64,000 nt of DNA from assembly GCA_963826525.1 (NCBI GenBank), contig CAWGXH010000004.1:1472001-1536000 (forward strand), read 5' to 3'. The notes beneath the pieces were generated by a model, which saw only the letters and a program-made list of their open reading frames with translations, ran no database searches and was not told where the DNA came from. Shown here in pieces: positions 1 through 10,938 of the stretch (positions within the stretch are counted from its first letter, which is position 1; each line of letters starts with the position of its first letter). Source of the stretch: an uncultured Methanomicrobiaceae archaeon (lineage in GTDB: Archaea > Halobacteriota > Methanomicrobia > Methanomicrobiales > Methanoculleaceae). A program made the position numbers and the translations under genes.

Positions 1-430
1 GAGTATTTAATCAGAGCAGCAACTGCGAACCTGTCTGGCGGTGAGTGCTACATCGACGCGACGACGGTTGCCGGAGAGACGGTCCGGTGACACGAGCACT
101 ACTTCTCATTCGATACGGGGGCTTCCCGGGCATGGTCAAGTACAGGCCGCGTTCTGGCTCGACAGAATACGAGCCTTGTCATGAATTTGCACGATGGAAT
201 TACCAGTTATCTGAGTAGAACTGGGCGAGGCAACCGAGAGATTTTTGCGTTCCTGTGCAACGAGGGGCTGATCCTCGAAGACCTCGGCACCAGGTCGCGG
301 ACCTTGCAGGATTCAGGGGCATTCTGATCCATGTGTAATGGGGGCTGAACCTTGACGAGGTATATGGTTCTTGATGGATGCGGGGTGCGAAGGAGATATG
401 TTTATTATAAAACGTTATGTACATCAAAGC

Positions 431-1301
431 ATGAAAATTTGTCCAAATTGCGATTTCGATAATTTTGGTAATCTGGAATACTGTGAAGGGTGTGGACGAT
501 CGATTCATAGTGTTAGACCGGAATTTTTTACTATTACTGATTTTGTTAAAAAGAACAGTCAAGTATATGCGATAATTGGAATCTTTCTCGGCCTATTCCA
601 ATATTTTGTTAATTCACCTGATCCTGAATGTAAAGGTTACATCTTTATTTCCACTATTTATATCGTTTTACTTAATGTCTTCATTACTGATAAAGGGAAC
701 TCAAATTGTAATCTCACATCCCGATGAAAACTCATTTAATCGCTATTTTGACGCAAATTCTTTTGAATTTTGGATATTCATGTCCCTGAATATTTCTCTA
801 ATTATTGGGTTAATCTGGAGTGCAGGTAATCAATTTATTCTTTCGATTTGCCTCTTAGTTAGCATTGCGATGATATTTGTAGAATTTAGCAGAAGACTAT
901 CAAATGAAACGGGCTTTACTGTTATGCTAATGTGGCTAACATTACTTCCGATTTTTTTTATTGAGGTAGGATGGTTAGTTTTTCAAGTCCTATTAACACT
1001 AATCAAAAATCTAACGGACCCAATGCTATTTTTTTGGGCGTATATGGCTCCATTGTTTTTATTATTTTTGGGTATCGGAACTGCTTATGCGAGCATGTTT
1101 ATTCTCATTTGGCTAATTATTGCAGGAAGACAACGTGATGTTGAGATCAAAACACGGTGCTCGTGGGCATCACTATGTGAAATATTCTCTCATTACCGTA
1201 AACCATTCCAAGATGATATTCGCATGACATTTTTTTTAGGATTGATCATTTTAATGGGAATTGGGATTCTGTTAACTAATAGCCCTTCCTTAAAAATTTA
1301 A
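431..1301 (+). CDS. Zinc-ribbon domain multi-pass membrane protein (AT-rich; one frameshift near 630)
   Basis: ATG at 431 gives MKICPNCDFDN...YCEGCG (two CxxC). It continues after a frameshift into the hydrophobic ORF 576..1301. The sequence is visibly AT-rich relative to the window. Confidence 0.6.
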
Positions 1302-1814
1302 CTCCTTCTTCAATCGTTGAATGGTGATAAGATATTTCCATCTTCCCCCCTTCCCAAAACACACTGTGATTTTCACCACAGTGCGCTCGTACATGTCACA
1401 GTCTGGTTTTCGGGCAGCGTAGAGCAAACCTACAGTCCCGCCCATTCCTAACGAGGCTCACAAAAATTGACTGGATTTAGACTTAAATTCCGAACGGAGT
1501 AAATCTCATGGAGAAATTTTATTTTACTCGTTATGTGTATGCACCTAACACATAACGAGACTCGGTATTTCAGAATACTAATAATCTCTCAACTAAATAG
1601 CAATCAAAAGCAGATAATACGTTATTATTCTCCACATCGTTATGTGTCACCGGGAATCCAGGAGCAAAGGGAGATGATTTATTTCCCTCCAAAAATCCCA
1701 TCTCTTATCCTCCCGAATAGAATTTTACGAAAGCGCGGGCGAAAGATGCTGATTTCATTAGCACCTTGATGTAATGTGGCGCACCTCTCTGCAAAAAGAA
1801 GAGGAGATCTTCCC

Positions 1815-4154
1815 TTAATTATTAGTTATGGTGAAACCATTCACGAGTGTTCCGGATTGTCCGTCACTGTTAGTCACGACAACATTCCAGTCTCCTGTGG
1901 GATTTCCATTTGGCAAGGAAATCTTGCAACCTATTGATGTAGAACCGGTAATGTATATGTTCGTTGCAATGATGTCCGACTCCCCTGATCGAGTTAATTT
2001 CACTGTTGCTCCACTCATGAACGTCAATTCCCCGTGATCGTTGGCCACACATTATTGTTTTTCTTCCCGCTGTTTGGAGAAATCCCCGTCACTGTCGTGG
2101 GCCGCTCCAACCTGGAGTGCATAATCCTCCGCCCCGCCCACATAGTAGACCCGGTCGCTGCCCGGATTGATGAGTTGCATCAGTCCACCGCTGTTGGGCC
2201 GAATGTTATGGAGGGTAATCTGGTGATTGTCGTTTACATAGTTGTACAGGGTCGATCCATCGTAGACTGAAGTACGTGTTCGCCATACCTGATGCGACAA
2301 CCATTGTGAGGGTCGAACTGAAGGAATCGCTGTTGCTGATGTATATGCCATCGATAGTTCCTCTCCCAACTTCTACGCCGTTAATGTGCATCATGACATC
2401 ATCGAACGAGAACGAATTAATATCCTGGCCGCCATGTTTGCATAGATGTTCCCTTTCCCGTCTGGTCCCGATTGTCAGGCGAACGATATTCCCTCCGTTT
2501 AACTGATGCTGATGGCCGGCTACGGTAACGTAACTGTCGGCTCCGGTCACCCGGAACTGGAGGTAACCTCCGGGCCGGAGCGCTCCTGACTTATACGTGT
2601 CAAGCGTAACCGACTTTACGCTCACCGGTGCCGTAACCGTCACATATCTGACCTTCGTCTCGGTGTCGCTCCCACCTGCATTCGTCGCTGTCAGGGTGAC
2701 CGTATAGGTTCCAGCAGATGCGTAGGTGTGGCTCGGGTTCTGCAATGCTGACGTCCCGACGTCACCGAAGTTCCAGAGCCACGAGGTCGGGGTGCCGGTG
2801 GAGGCATCGGTGAACTGGACGATAAGCGGTGCGGTTCCCGACGTCGGGGTGGCAGAGAAGTCCGTTGCCGGCGGTGGGACGGTCACGGTGATGTATCCCG
2901 CCTTCTCTTCGGTATCGCTGCCGCCTGCGTTGGTGGCGGTCAGGGATACCGTGTATGTCCCGGCTGCAGCGTAGGTGTGGCTCGGGTTCTGCAGGGTTGA
3001 CATCCCCCCGTCGCCGAACGTCCAGCTCCAGGACGTCGGTTCATTTGTCGAGGCATCGGTGAACAGGACTGCGAGCGGTGCGGTTCCGGTCGTCACGTTC
3101 GCGGAAAAAGCGGCGGTCGGGGGCTGTGTCGGCTCCGTAACGATAATATAGCCTGACCTTTGTCTCCGTGTCGCTGCCGCCGGCGTTCGCTGCCGTCAGG
3201 GTGACGGTGTACGTCCCGGCCGCAGCGTAGGTGTGCGAGGGGTTCTGCAATGTCGACGTCCCGCCGTCGCCGAACGTCCAGCCCAGGATGTTGGCGCATT
3301 CGTCGAGGTATCGGTGAACTGGACGATGAGCGATACGGCTCCCGAAAGCGGTGCCCAGTGAAATCCGCAACCGGTGCAGGGGCACGTTCACGGTGATGTA
3401 ATCGGTCTTCGTCTCGGTGTCGCTGCCGAATGCGTTGCTTGCCGTCAGGGAGACGGTGTAGGTGCCGGGGGCTGCGTAGGTATGAGTCGGATGCTGCAGG
3501 GTGGACGTACCGCTGTCACCGAATGTCCACGACCATTCTCTCACCCCTCCCGTCGAGGAGTCTGTGAACTGGACGGTGAGCGGGGCGGTGCCCGATGTCG
3601 GGCTTGCGGAGAATGCTGCGACAGGTGGAACTCCCGGAGTGGCTGGTGGAATCGTGCCGGTCCAGTTGTACGATGCGTAGAAGAGGGACTGTTCCCCACC
3701 CTGACCCGCGTAAATTATTGCAACTTCTGGCGGTGCATCTCCCTCACATAATCTCCCGGATCGTATACGAGGGTTTCGCCGATATGCCACGTATTCCAGC
3801 CGTGGTGCCGTCGATCGTCGAATATATTGCGTTATGTCTTCGACACTCTCCCCATCATCGACGTAGAACTGGAGGAGATTATATGGAATGGATTCCCCCC
3901 CGAGATGGTGGATATACACCTCTCCCCCTGAACCGTAGGAGACGTTAAAAGTGAGATACCGGAGGATCTGAATCTACCGGCTGCAGCACGACTCCGGCGA
4001 CGAAGATGGAGACGCCCACCGATATGATCGTGATGAGCAGCATCGTTCCCACGGCTTCGGAGATGCCGTCTTCACGAAGATTTCTCCGTATCGGTACTCT
4101 GGCATACCGTTTTGCTCGTGCCCTCGTGTGAGGGGTTCCGCTTCGGCTTCCCAC
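1815..4154 (-). CDS. Archaeal type IV pilin-like adhesin with 4 PKD domains and a C-terminal Ig-like (IPT/TIG-like) domain; several frameshifts; start approximate
   Basis: Class III signal REDG|ISEAVGTMLLI in ORF 3945..4154, then HLGGE motif. PKD repeats (WSWTFGDG..STLQNPSHTY..AGTYTVxLT) in ORFs 3041..3919 and 2206..3096. Tail GDWNVVVTNSDGQSGTLVNGFTI in 1815..2048. Confidence 0.8.
2630..3625 (-). repeat. Four tandem ~250-bp PKD-coding repeats
   Basis: Recurring DNA such as cgtaggtgtggctcgggttctgca and cgtctcggtgtcgct at ~250-bp spacing. Confidence 0.8.
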
Positions 4155-4182
4155 CCGGTCTTTGTCGCATTCACTCCGTCTC

Positions 4183-5270
4183 CTATGGATATATTTGCGT
4201 GTTCCCCCGCATCACCGTCTTCGCCTTCCCGACGAAGTAGACGCCGTTGCCGAGTGCTCCCGTCGAAGCGTACTGCATGATGAGCAGGGTGGGGTGTGCG
4301 GGCTCTATCTCGTAAAACTCAAATGTTTCACTGTTCTGGCCGTCAAGTATGGTCACGTTATTGATGATCAGGCGGGTGTGTTCGGTTCCGCCCTTCACGC
4401 TGAAGTTGAGCGTGGAGGCAAAGTCGCTGTAGTCCGTGATCCAGCTCTCAGTCAGGTCGCCGTTTCCGCTAATCTCCAGCCCCCAGACGCCGTTGTGTCT
4501 CACGTAGATACGGAGATCGTTCACGCCGTCGCCCTGTGCCTGGATGCTCCACCCCTTGTTCCCGAGCATGAAGAACATCAGATCCGGTGTCTTTCCCTGG
4601 ATGAATTCCATCCTGACCGCATCTCCGACGGCAAGGTTCGTTCTGGGATTGCTGCCGATCACCAGGTACGAGCCGGGTGCAGATATCGTGAACTGCAGGG
4701 TACCTTCGAATGTTCCCTGTGATCCACGTTCCGCACGAGTAAAGTAGACGGAGTCTCTCTCGAGTTGTCCCACGAATTGCTCGACGACGAACGTATCGAG
4801 TTCGTCCTGGTCGTCAAAGTGGATGTCGATGTCCCTTCGCTCCTGCCCGGGTGCATCTGGGCCTCCTGTTCGGATTTCGCCGCCCAGCGCCGCCGACTTC
4901 AGGAGCACCGATCCGCCTCCGCCGGTATACACGATGGAGACCCGGTGTGGAACAGCCGTCACCGGGTATGCAGCGTCTCCCCGACAACCCATGGCCATGC
5001 TCCGTCTCCACCGGTAATGGTTGCACCGCTGTTTGGTATGGTGGTGCCGTCGACGACGACCGAAAAGTCACCTTCCTGCAACGGGTCGCCGCCGTTATGC
5101 TTGATCAGGACGGTCGAGGAGGTGTTCCCGACGAGGACATTGATGTTCGGAATCTCGTCTGGCAGCGGCTGGGAGGTTATCGTGACCATGATGATGCCGA
5201 CACCGACGACCAGTACACCGAGCAGGAGGACGATGGCGATGATCTCGGAGACTGCGTTTTCATTCATCAT
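4183..5270 (-). CDS. Archaeal type IV pilin N-terminal domain protein (frameshift near 4990)
   Basis: MMNENA|VSEIIAIVLLLGVLVV class III signal and HNGGDPL motif. Continues in ORF 4183..4998. Confidence 0.8.
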
Positions 5271-5974
5271 TGCTTGTACGCCCCCTCTGCTGCTGGTGCG
5301 ATTCTTCCCTTCCTGTGTTATGAAGTATGGATGGCGCAATTCTCCGCATTGCCCGTGCATCAGAAATCTGCGTCCTGATTGTCAGGGCTTTTGAGATTCG
5401 AGCCTGTTGTGCCGTGTCGCGTCGATCGGGGTGACTTTGTCAACGGTGATGTCCACCTGCCGGTTTCACCGTGGGACAATGAAAATACGCCTTATGGCGA
5501 AGTTGTCGTATAAATGGATATATATTTCGCTGGTCGCCGCTGCTCCCTGTATTTATATTTTATATGGTTTGAAACTGTTAAACCCAAGTTTGCCATTTGG
5601 CTTCTGGAGGTGCTTCATGCCCCAAAAATGTCAAGATAGCCAGAATAGAATTTGACAGTTGAGTTAAATTTGTGAGTGAAATGCACGTTTTATTATCAGA
5701 ATACCAGATCTGTCTGAAATTCAAGGTCAAAATGAGGAGATTTCGGGAGATATTTTTCCAAATACTTGGAACTGTCAAATTGTGTTCCGTCACAATCTGA
5801 GAGATTTGAGTGGAGTGGCAAACTTAGGGTTAAACAGGCTGAACTCGCCCAAAGAGGTTGATTTTTCCAAGCTATGCGACACCCCCTCGGATGATGATCT
5901 ATGGAAGATTACGATTAAGAAGGGCGCTGCCATGAGTGATGGAGTGACAATGCAGCATCCCGGGTAAAAAGAGA

Positions 5975-7387
5975 TTAGAAGGGATAATCGTCGGGGTCGT
6001 CGATAAACAACCCAATATTTTTGAAGGTGACTGTAGATCCACCCTGTTCGTCAAAGAAACCATCCCGTGTTATAGCAACCCCTTCAAATGATTTACCCTT
6101 AAATGCAACCTTTCCTCGCGGGGCAATTAAAATCCCGGTGAGATATTTTCCTTGCATATGTGTTAAACTAATATCCCCATTGTATGCTATGATTATGACA
6201 TTATATGCGGTATTCTGATCCTCTTGGGGAGGTGTATAACTTTCGGCATAAATCTTCAGGTTGCTGGTCAGGGTTCCCCCGGATGAATAGCCCTTGGCCG
6301 CATACCAATCTGCGGATTTTAAAGACGGTATCTCAATATCCGGTAATTGAACTCCCGGAATGGTGACCCATTTGATGCATTTGGATATAACCGATTCGGG
6401 CACGCCGGAACCGTAGGTAAAGATTCCCGTATAGTAAATACGGGCATTATCATCTATACTCATATGTCCCGGCCCTATGTCGAGATTGCCGTCAACATAC
6501 ATGTTCCCATGAATGTTTGGACCTTTAAGGTAGCAATCACCATTTACGTAAACTGTACCGTAAATATGGCGTTGCCCTTCCTTTAAGGTCAGATCTCCGT
6601 TCACATGAATTTCGCCCGGATGGGTTGGGGATCCTAAATCCTCGTCTCCATTAGGTAAATCCACGTATCCGTTGACATAAATATTGGTGACGTAAGTATC
6701 TGGATTGCTTTTTAGTTCGTTCTTGTCAAGATTGCCATCAGTCAGGATAACCGTCGCACCGGGGCCATTTATCGAATTTCCTTCAAAGTGCAACCTTTTT
6801 CCCAAAATGAAGACGTTCGCATCGATAAAGTCTTGAATTCCGGGTGTCGGCGTCGGCGTAGGAGTCACAGTAGGACTTCCCGTAGGTGTCGCCGTTGGTG
6901 TCCCGGTTTCATCCACGAAAACGTCCTGTGGGATATCCTCTTCATTATCAGGCACGCGAAGGTCGAGCGATTTGAGCATGGCACCCGCTGATCCTGCGGT
7001 ATACATGATCAGGATGGAAGCGGGTTCGTCGTCGGCAATGAAGGAGATTGTATTGCCAATCGACCAGGCGTCGTCGGACGATCCTCCACAGGACCTCACG
7101 TGTATCTCTTCCCTTGCTACATTGTATGCCTGGATCTCAAACTCGCTTGCAGAGATCGTGTCTCCGCCGTTATGGAACAGGGTAAGATCGTACTCAGATG
7201 TGTTCACCGGGCTCTGATCACACCCGATGATAATATCGAGGTTCGGCACCTCGTCGGGCGTGTCCTGGGATGTTACCGTCACCCCGACGACGGCGATGCC
7301 TATCACCGCGACAGTGATGATCAGCATGACGCCGATATTTCCGGAGATCCCGTCCTCGTTTTTGAATTTCATGTGCATTCTCTTCAC
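5975..7387 (-). CDS. Archaeal type IV pilin N-terminal domain protein with Pro/Thr linker and beta-rich C-terminal domain
   Basis: KNEDG|ISGNIGVMLII signal, HNGGD motif, TPTPTPTP linker, intact 470-aa ORF. Confidence 0.8.
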   Translation of the reverse strand: MKRMHMKFKNEDGISGNIGVMLIITVAVIGIAVVGVTVTSQDTPDEVPNLDIIIGCDQSPVNTSEYDLTLFHNGGDTISASEFEIQAYNVAREEIHVRSCGGSSDDAWSIGNTISFIADDEPASILIMYTAGSAGAMLKSLDLRVPDNEEDIPQDVFVDETGTPTATPTGSPTVTPTPTPTPGIQDFIDANVFILGKRLHFEGNSINGPGATVILTDGNLDKNELKSNPDTYVTNIYVNGYVDLPNGDEDLGSPTHPGEIHVNGDLTLKEGQRHIYGTVYVNGDCYLKGPNIHGNMYVDGNLDIGPGHMSIDDNARIYYTGIFTYGSGVPESVISKCIKWVTIPGVQLPDIEIPSLKSADWYAAKGYSSGGTLTSNLKIYAESYTPPQEDQNTAYNVIIIAYNGDISLTHMQGKYLTGILIAPRGKVAFKGKSFEGVAITRDGFFDEQGGSTVTFKNIGLFIDDPDDYPF

Positions 7388-7413
7388 TTCCGTCTGTTTG
7401 TCAGAATCTTCCG

Positions 7414-8347
7414 CTATGCCGTTGTAATCTCCTGCAGGATGGCGCTGTACGAGCCGGTGGTCGTCTCGAGGTTCACCGCTCCCGGTTTCCCGATATCGAT
7501 CATTGTGGAATGGCCATCACCCGCGACGGTGATGGTGTAATCGGAACTGTCGAGGCCGCCGCGGGCAACGGCGTCTGAGAAGACGTGCTCCCAGAGTTCT
7601 GCCGTCCCCTGATTGTCCCAGACATCCCGTGCGTCGTCGTCGTCTGCGGAGATTGTGATAGTGACATTGTTCGCACTGGAAACGGGGGTGGTCGTTTGCA
7701 GACCGTTCTTCAGCCGCGTATCGAGCCGTGCGACGCCCCTGCCGGCAGTCTCCTGGTAGCCGTACATCTGGAGGACTGCAATCTCTACGGTGATGTCTCC
7801 GCCGGTGGTTTCATAAATGGAGATGGGCGGCGAGAGCCGGATGGTTGACCCCTCGTCCTGGGCAAGGAACAGCCCTCCCGTCTGGTAGTAGTAGGTCTGT
7901 TGGAGCCAGTAGTTGTTATCGGATCCGAATTGAACGGCCCCAGTGCTCTTTTGGAAAACCTGAAAGCGTGTGTGACGTGCCGTCATCGTATTCTATTGTA
8001 ATATTCTCGGTCCCGCGCCGGTTCACGTTAATAGCGCCCGACGATGGGATCGGTGCGAGCACCGGGAAGATCATCCCGCCGCCCTGGGTGTAGCCGCCTT
8101 CGGTGGAGAGGTCGAAGGAGGTGCTGAGGGTTGTACCGATCTGGTTATTCAGCCACAGCGAATCGAGGCTAATCTTATAATCGATGAACCGGTCTTTCAC
8201 CGCGTTCATATGGAGGATCTCGTTCTCGCGCCCGATCGCCGGCACGCCGTAGAGCTGGTACATCGAAAGGGCAAGGACGATGACCCCCAGTATCAGCACG
8301 AATCCGACAACTTCCGAGAGACCGTCGTCACGGTGGGCGGGCGGCAT
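7414..8347 (-). CDS. Archaeal pilin/flagellin-like class III signal protein (frameshift near 7950)
   Basis: RDDG|LSEVVGFVLILGVIV and E..HMNAVKDRF. C-terminal YYYQTGGLFLAQ segment in ORF 7414..7986. Confidence 0.75.
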
Positions 8348-8566
8348 AAGAGATACGTGAAATTTCAGCAGGGCGCTATATAACCCTTCTGGAAAGATCC
8401 ACGACGTTTCCCCGGACGTTTTATAAAAACCGTTTCCAAGAATCCCCTATTTTCGATCGAAATGCCCACCTCAGGGCCGCTCCAAGGTTTTTTGATATCA
8501 GGCGTGCAACCATTACGGATGTCTATGGGAGAGGTTCCGCGGCTTGCCTGCGAGAAGGACGGGGTG

Positions 8567-9540
8567 ATGCTCTCGAGCGGGTGCGTCCTCTGCCACGAGG
8601 GTGCGAAACTGGTGCTCTTCGTGACGGGGCGCTGCCGCCGCACCTGCTGGTACTGTCCGCTCTCCCGCGAGCGGAAGGGCAAAGATACCGCCTATGCGAA
8701 CGACCGGCGCATCGAGACGCCGGAGGATATCATCGCCGAGGCGGAGATCATGAGCGCGCTCGGCACCGGGGTCACGGGCGGCGAACCGCTGCTCGTTCTC
8801 GACCGGGTGATCGAGTACTGCACGCTCCTCAAGGATACCTACGGATTCAGCACCAGATCCACCTCTACACCGGAATAGCCCCCGATGAAGAAACGCTTCG
8901 GCGGCTCTCCGGGCTCGTCGACGAGATCCGCCTCCACCCGCCGGAGGAGGACTGGCCCACGATCGCCGAAAGCGAGTGGGCGGCATCCGCGAAGATGGCG
9001 CGGGAGATGGGCTTTGAGATCGGGATCGAGGTGCCGGCACTGCCCGGCCTTGCGCACCTCGAAGCAATCCTGCCGCTCCTTGACTTCCTGAACATCAACG
9101 AACTCGAGTGGGGAGACACCTGCGCCGCCGCGATGCGCGAGCGGGGGTACGAACCCGAGGACGGCTTCCACAACGCCGTCTCGGGCAGCCGCTCCTGGGC
9201 GGAGACGCTCGCGAAGAATCCGAAGGTGCACTGGTGCGCGTCGTCGTTCAAGGACTCGGTGCAGCTACGGGAACGGTTAAAACGTATTGCAGGCAATACT
9301 GCCCGACCGTTCGACGAGATCACCGACGACGGGACGATCGTCTACGGCGTGCTGGAATCCACCCGCCCGCTCGAGGAGATAATCCCGCTCCTCGAGGAGG
9401 AAGGCTACGAGCGGGTCGGCGACCGGATCGAGACGGCATGGTGGCTGCTCGTCGAACACGCCGATGAGTTTCCCGGAAAGAAGGAAGTCGTCGAACGCTA
9501 TCCGAACGGAGGAATGATTGTGGAGGTGACCCCGGTCTGA
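8567..9540 (+). CDS. Radical SAM protein (archaeal PFL-activase-related family; frameshift near 8845)
   Basis: GCVLC..GAKLVLFVTGRCRRTCWYC (CxxxCxxC), TGGEP, HLYT, LDEIRLHP-like and NINELE motifs. Confidence 0.85.
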
Positions 9541-9554
9541 AGGCGCGGAAGGGC

Positions 9555-10325
9555 ATGGAGGCGCTGTACGAACGTCTCCTGCGGCTGCAGATACGGTACG
9601 TGCCCCGGCACATCGCGGTGATCCAGGACGGAAACCGCCGCTTCGCGAAGACTCACGGCATGCAGAACGCCGAAGGGCATAAGCTCGGTGCCGACACCAC
9701 CGAGAAGGTCCTCGACTGGGCGTCGGATCTCGGCATCAAATACATTACGCTCTACGCCTTCTCGACCGAGAACTTTCGGAGGGAGACGGACGAACTCGAC
9801 GCCCTCTTCGCTCTCTTCAAACAGAAGTTCCGTGCCGTCATGGCCGACGAACGGGTGCATCGGAATAGGATCCGGGTGCAGATGATCGGCGACCGCTCCC
9901 TCCTCCCGGCCGATCTCCTGCAGACGGTGAAGGAGGCCGAGGATACCACCCGGGAGTATACCGGCTACTACATAAACATCGCTCTGGCGTACGGCGGCAG
10001 AAACGAGATCGTGCACGCCGCCCGCTCCATCCTCCGGGAGGTGGAGGACGGCCTGCTCACGGTGGACGATATCGATGCCGACCTCGTGGAGGGGCACCTC
10101 AACCGCGGCATGCGTATCCCCCCCGTCGACCTGATCGTCCGGACCGGGAACGACTGCCGGACCTCGAACTTCCTGCCGTGGCTTGCAAACGGGCACGAAT
10201 CCGCGGTCTACTTCTGTGCCCCCTTCTGGCCGTCGTTCCGCAAGATCGATCTCCTGCGGGCGATGCGGGTCTACGACCAGAGGATGCGCCTAAAAGAACG
10301 GCTGCAGACTCCCGGCATCGAATAA
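9555..10325 (+). CDS. uppS: cis-prenyltransferase (polyprenyl diphosphate synthase), catalytic subunit
   Basis: HIAVIQDGNRRF, YAFSTENF, YGGR.EI and RT....RTSNFL motifs. Confidence 0.95.
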   Translation: MEALYERLLRLQIRYVPRHIAVIQDGNRRFAKTHGMQNAEGHKLGADTTEKVLDWASDLGIKYITLYAFSTENFRRETDELDALFALFKQKFRAVMADERVHRNRIRVQMIGDRSLLPADLLQTVKEAEDTTREYTGYYINIALAYGGRNEIVHAARSILREVEDGLLTVDDIDADLVEGHLNRGMRIPPVDLIVRTGNDCRTSNFLPWLANGHESAVYFCAPFWPSFRKIDLLRAMRVYDQRMRLKERLQTPGIE

Positions 10326-10344
10326 CGCCGCCCGGGTGTCGGTC

Positions 10345-10935
10345 TCACGTTCCGAAACGGCGGGCTCGTGACTGGTAGTCGCGCAGTGCCCGCAAAAAAT
10401 CTACTTTTCGAAGCAGCGCCCAGTTGACGTCGAGGAAGAAGAGCTCCGAGTACACCGACTGCCAGATGAGAAAATCGGTCAGGTGGTCGCCGCCGGTCTT
10501 GATGACGAGATCGGGCTCGTACGAAAAGGTGAGGCACGACTCGATCAGTGCTTCGTCGACATCCTCGGGATTCACCCCGTGCTGTGCCATCTTCCTGATG
10601 CAGGTTGTGATCTCCTCCCGTCCGCTCTTCCCGATCGCCACCGTCACGTCGATCCCGCTGCCGGTAACCTCCTGCTGCTCTTGATAGTGTATGGTCAGGC
10701 GGGCGATAGCCCCGATGGAGCGAATCCCGGGGAGGTGCCCTGCGAGCCGCTCGGGCTCCTCCGTGCTGACATGGAACATAACGTGATCGATACCGAGCTC
10801 GATGCACCACTCGGTGATCGTATACAGGTTCTCCGGCGCCCCGGCCAGATCCTCTCCGGTGATCATGAAACAGACCTTCTCCGGAAGCGTGGAGAGGTTC
10901 CTTCGAAGGATCTTCTCGTACAGCCAGTAGATCAC
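10345..10935 (-). CDS. Undecaprenyl diphosphate synthase family, degenerate partner subunit
   Basis: EPDLVIKTGG..LTDFLIWQSVYSEL and C-terminal RRFG. Lacks the DGNRR motif. Confidence 0.85.
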   Translation of the reverse strand: MIYWLYEKILRRNLSTLPEKVCFMITGEDLAGAPENLYTITEWCIELGIDHVMFHVSTEEPERLAGHLPGIRSIGAIARLTIHYQEQQEVTGSGIDVTVAIGKSGREEITTCIRKMAQHGVNPEDVDEALIESCLTFSYEPDLVIKTGGDHLTDFLIWQSVYSELFFLDVNWALLRKVDFLRALRDYQSRARRFGT

Positions 10936-10938
10936 GAT

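Noticed and set aside
2630-3625. DGR template/variable repeat pair
   Set aside because: These are ordinary in-frame PKD repeats; there is no reverse transcriptase and no evident adenine-specific variation.
5400-5970. Small ORFs in the AT-rich spacer within the pilin cluster
   Set aside because: They are short, mutually overlapping and lack motifs, so they cannot be supported as genes.
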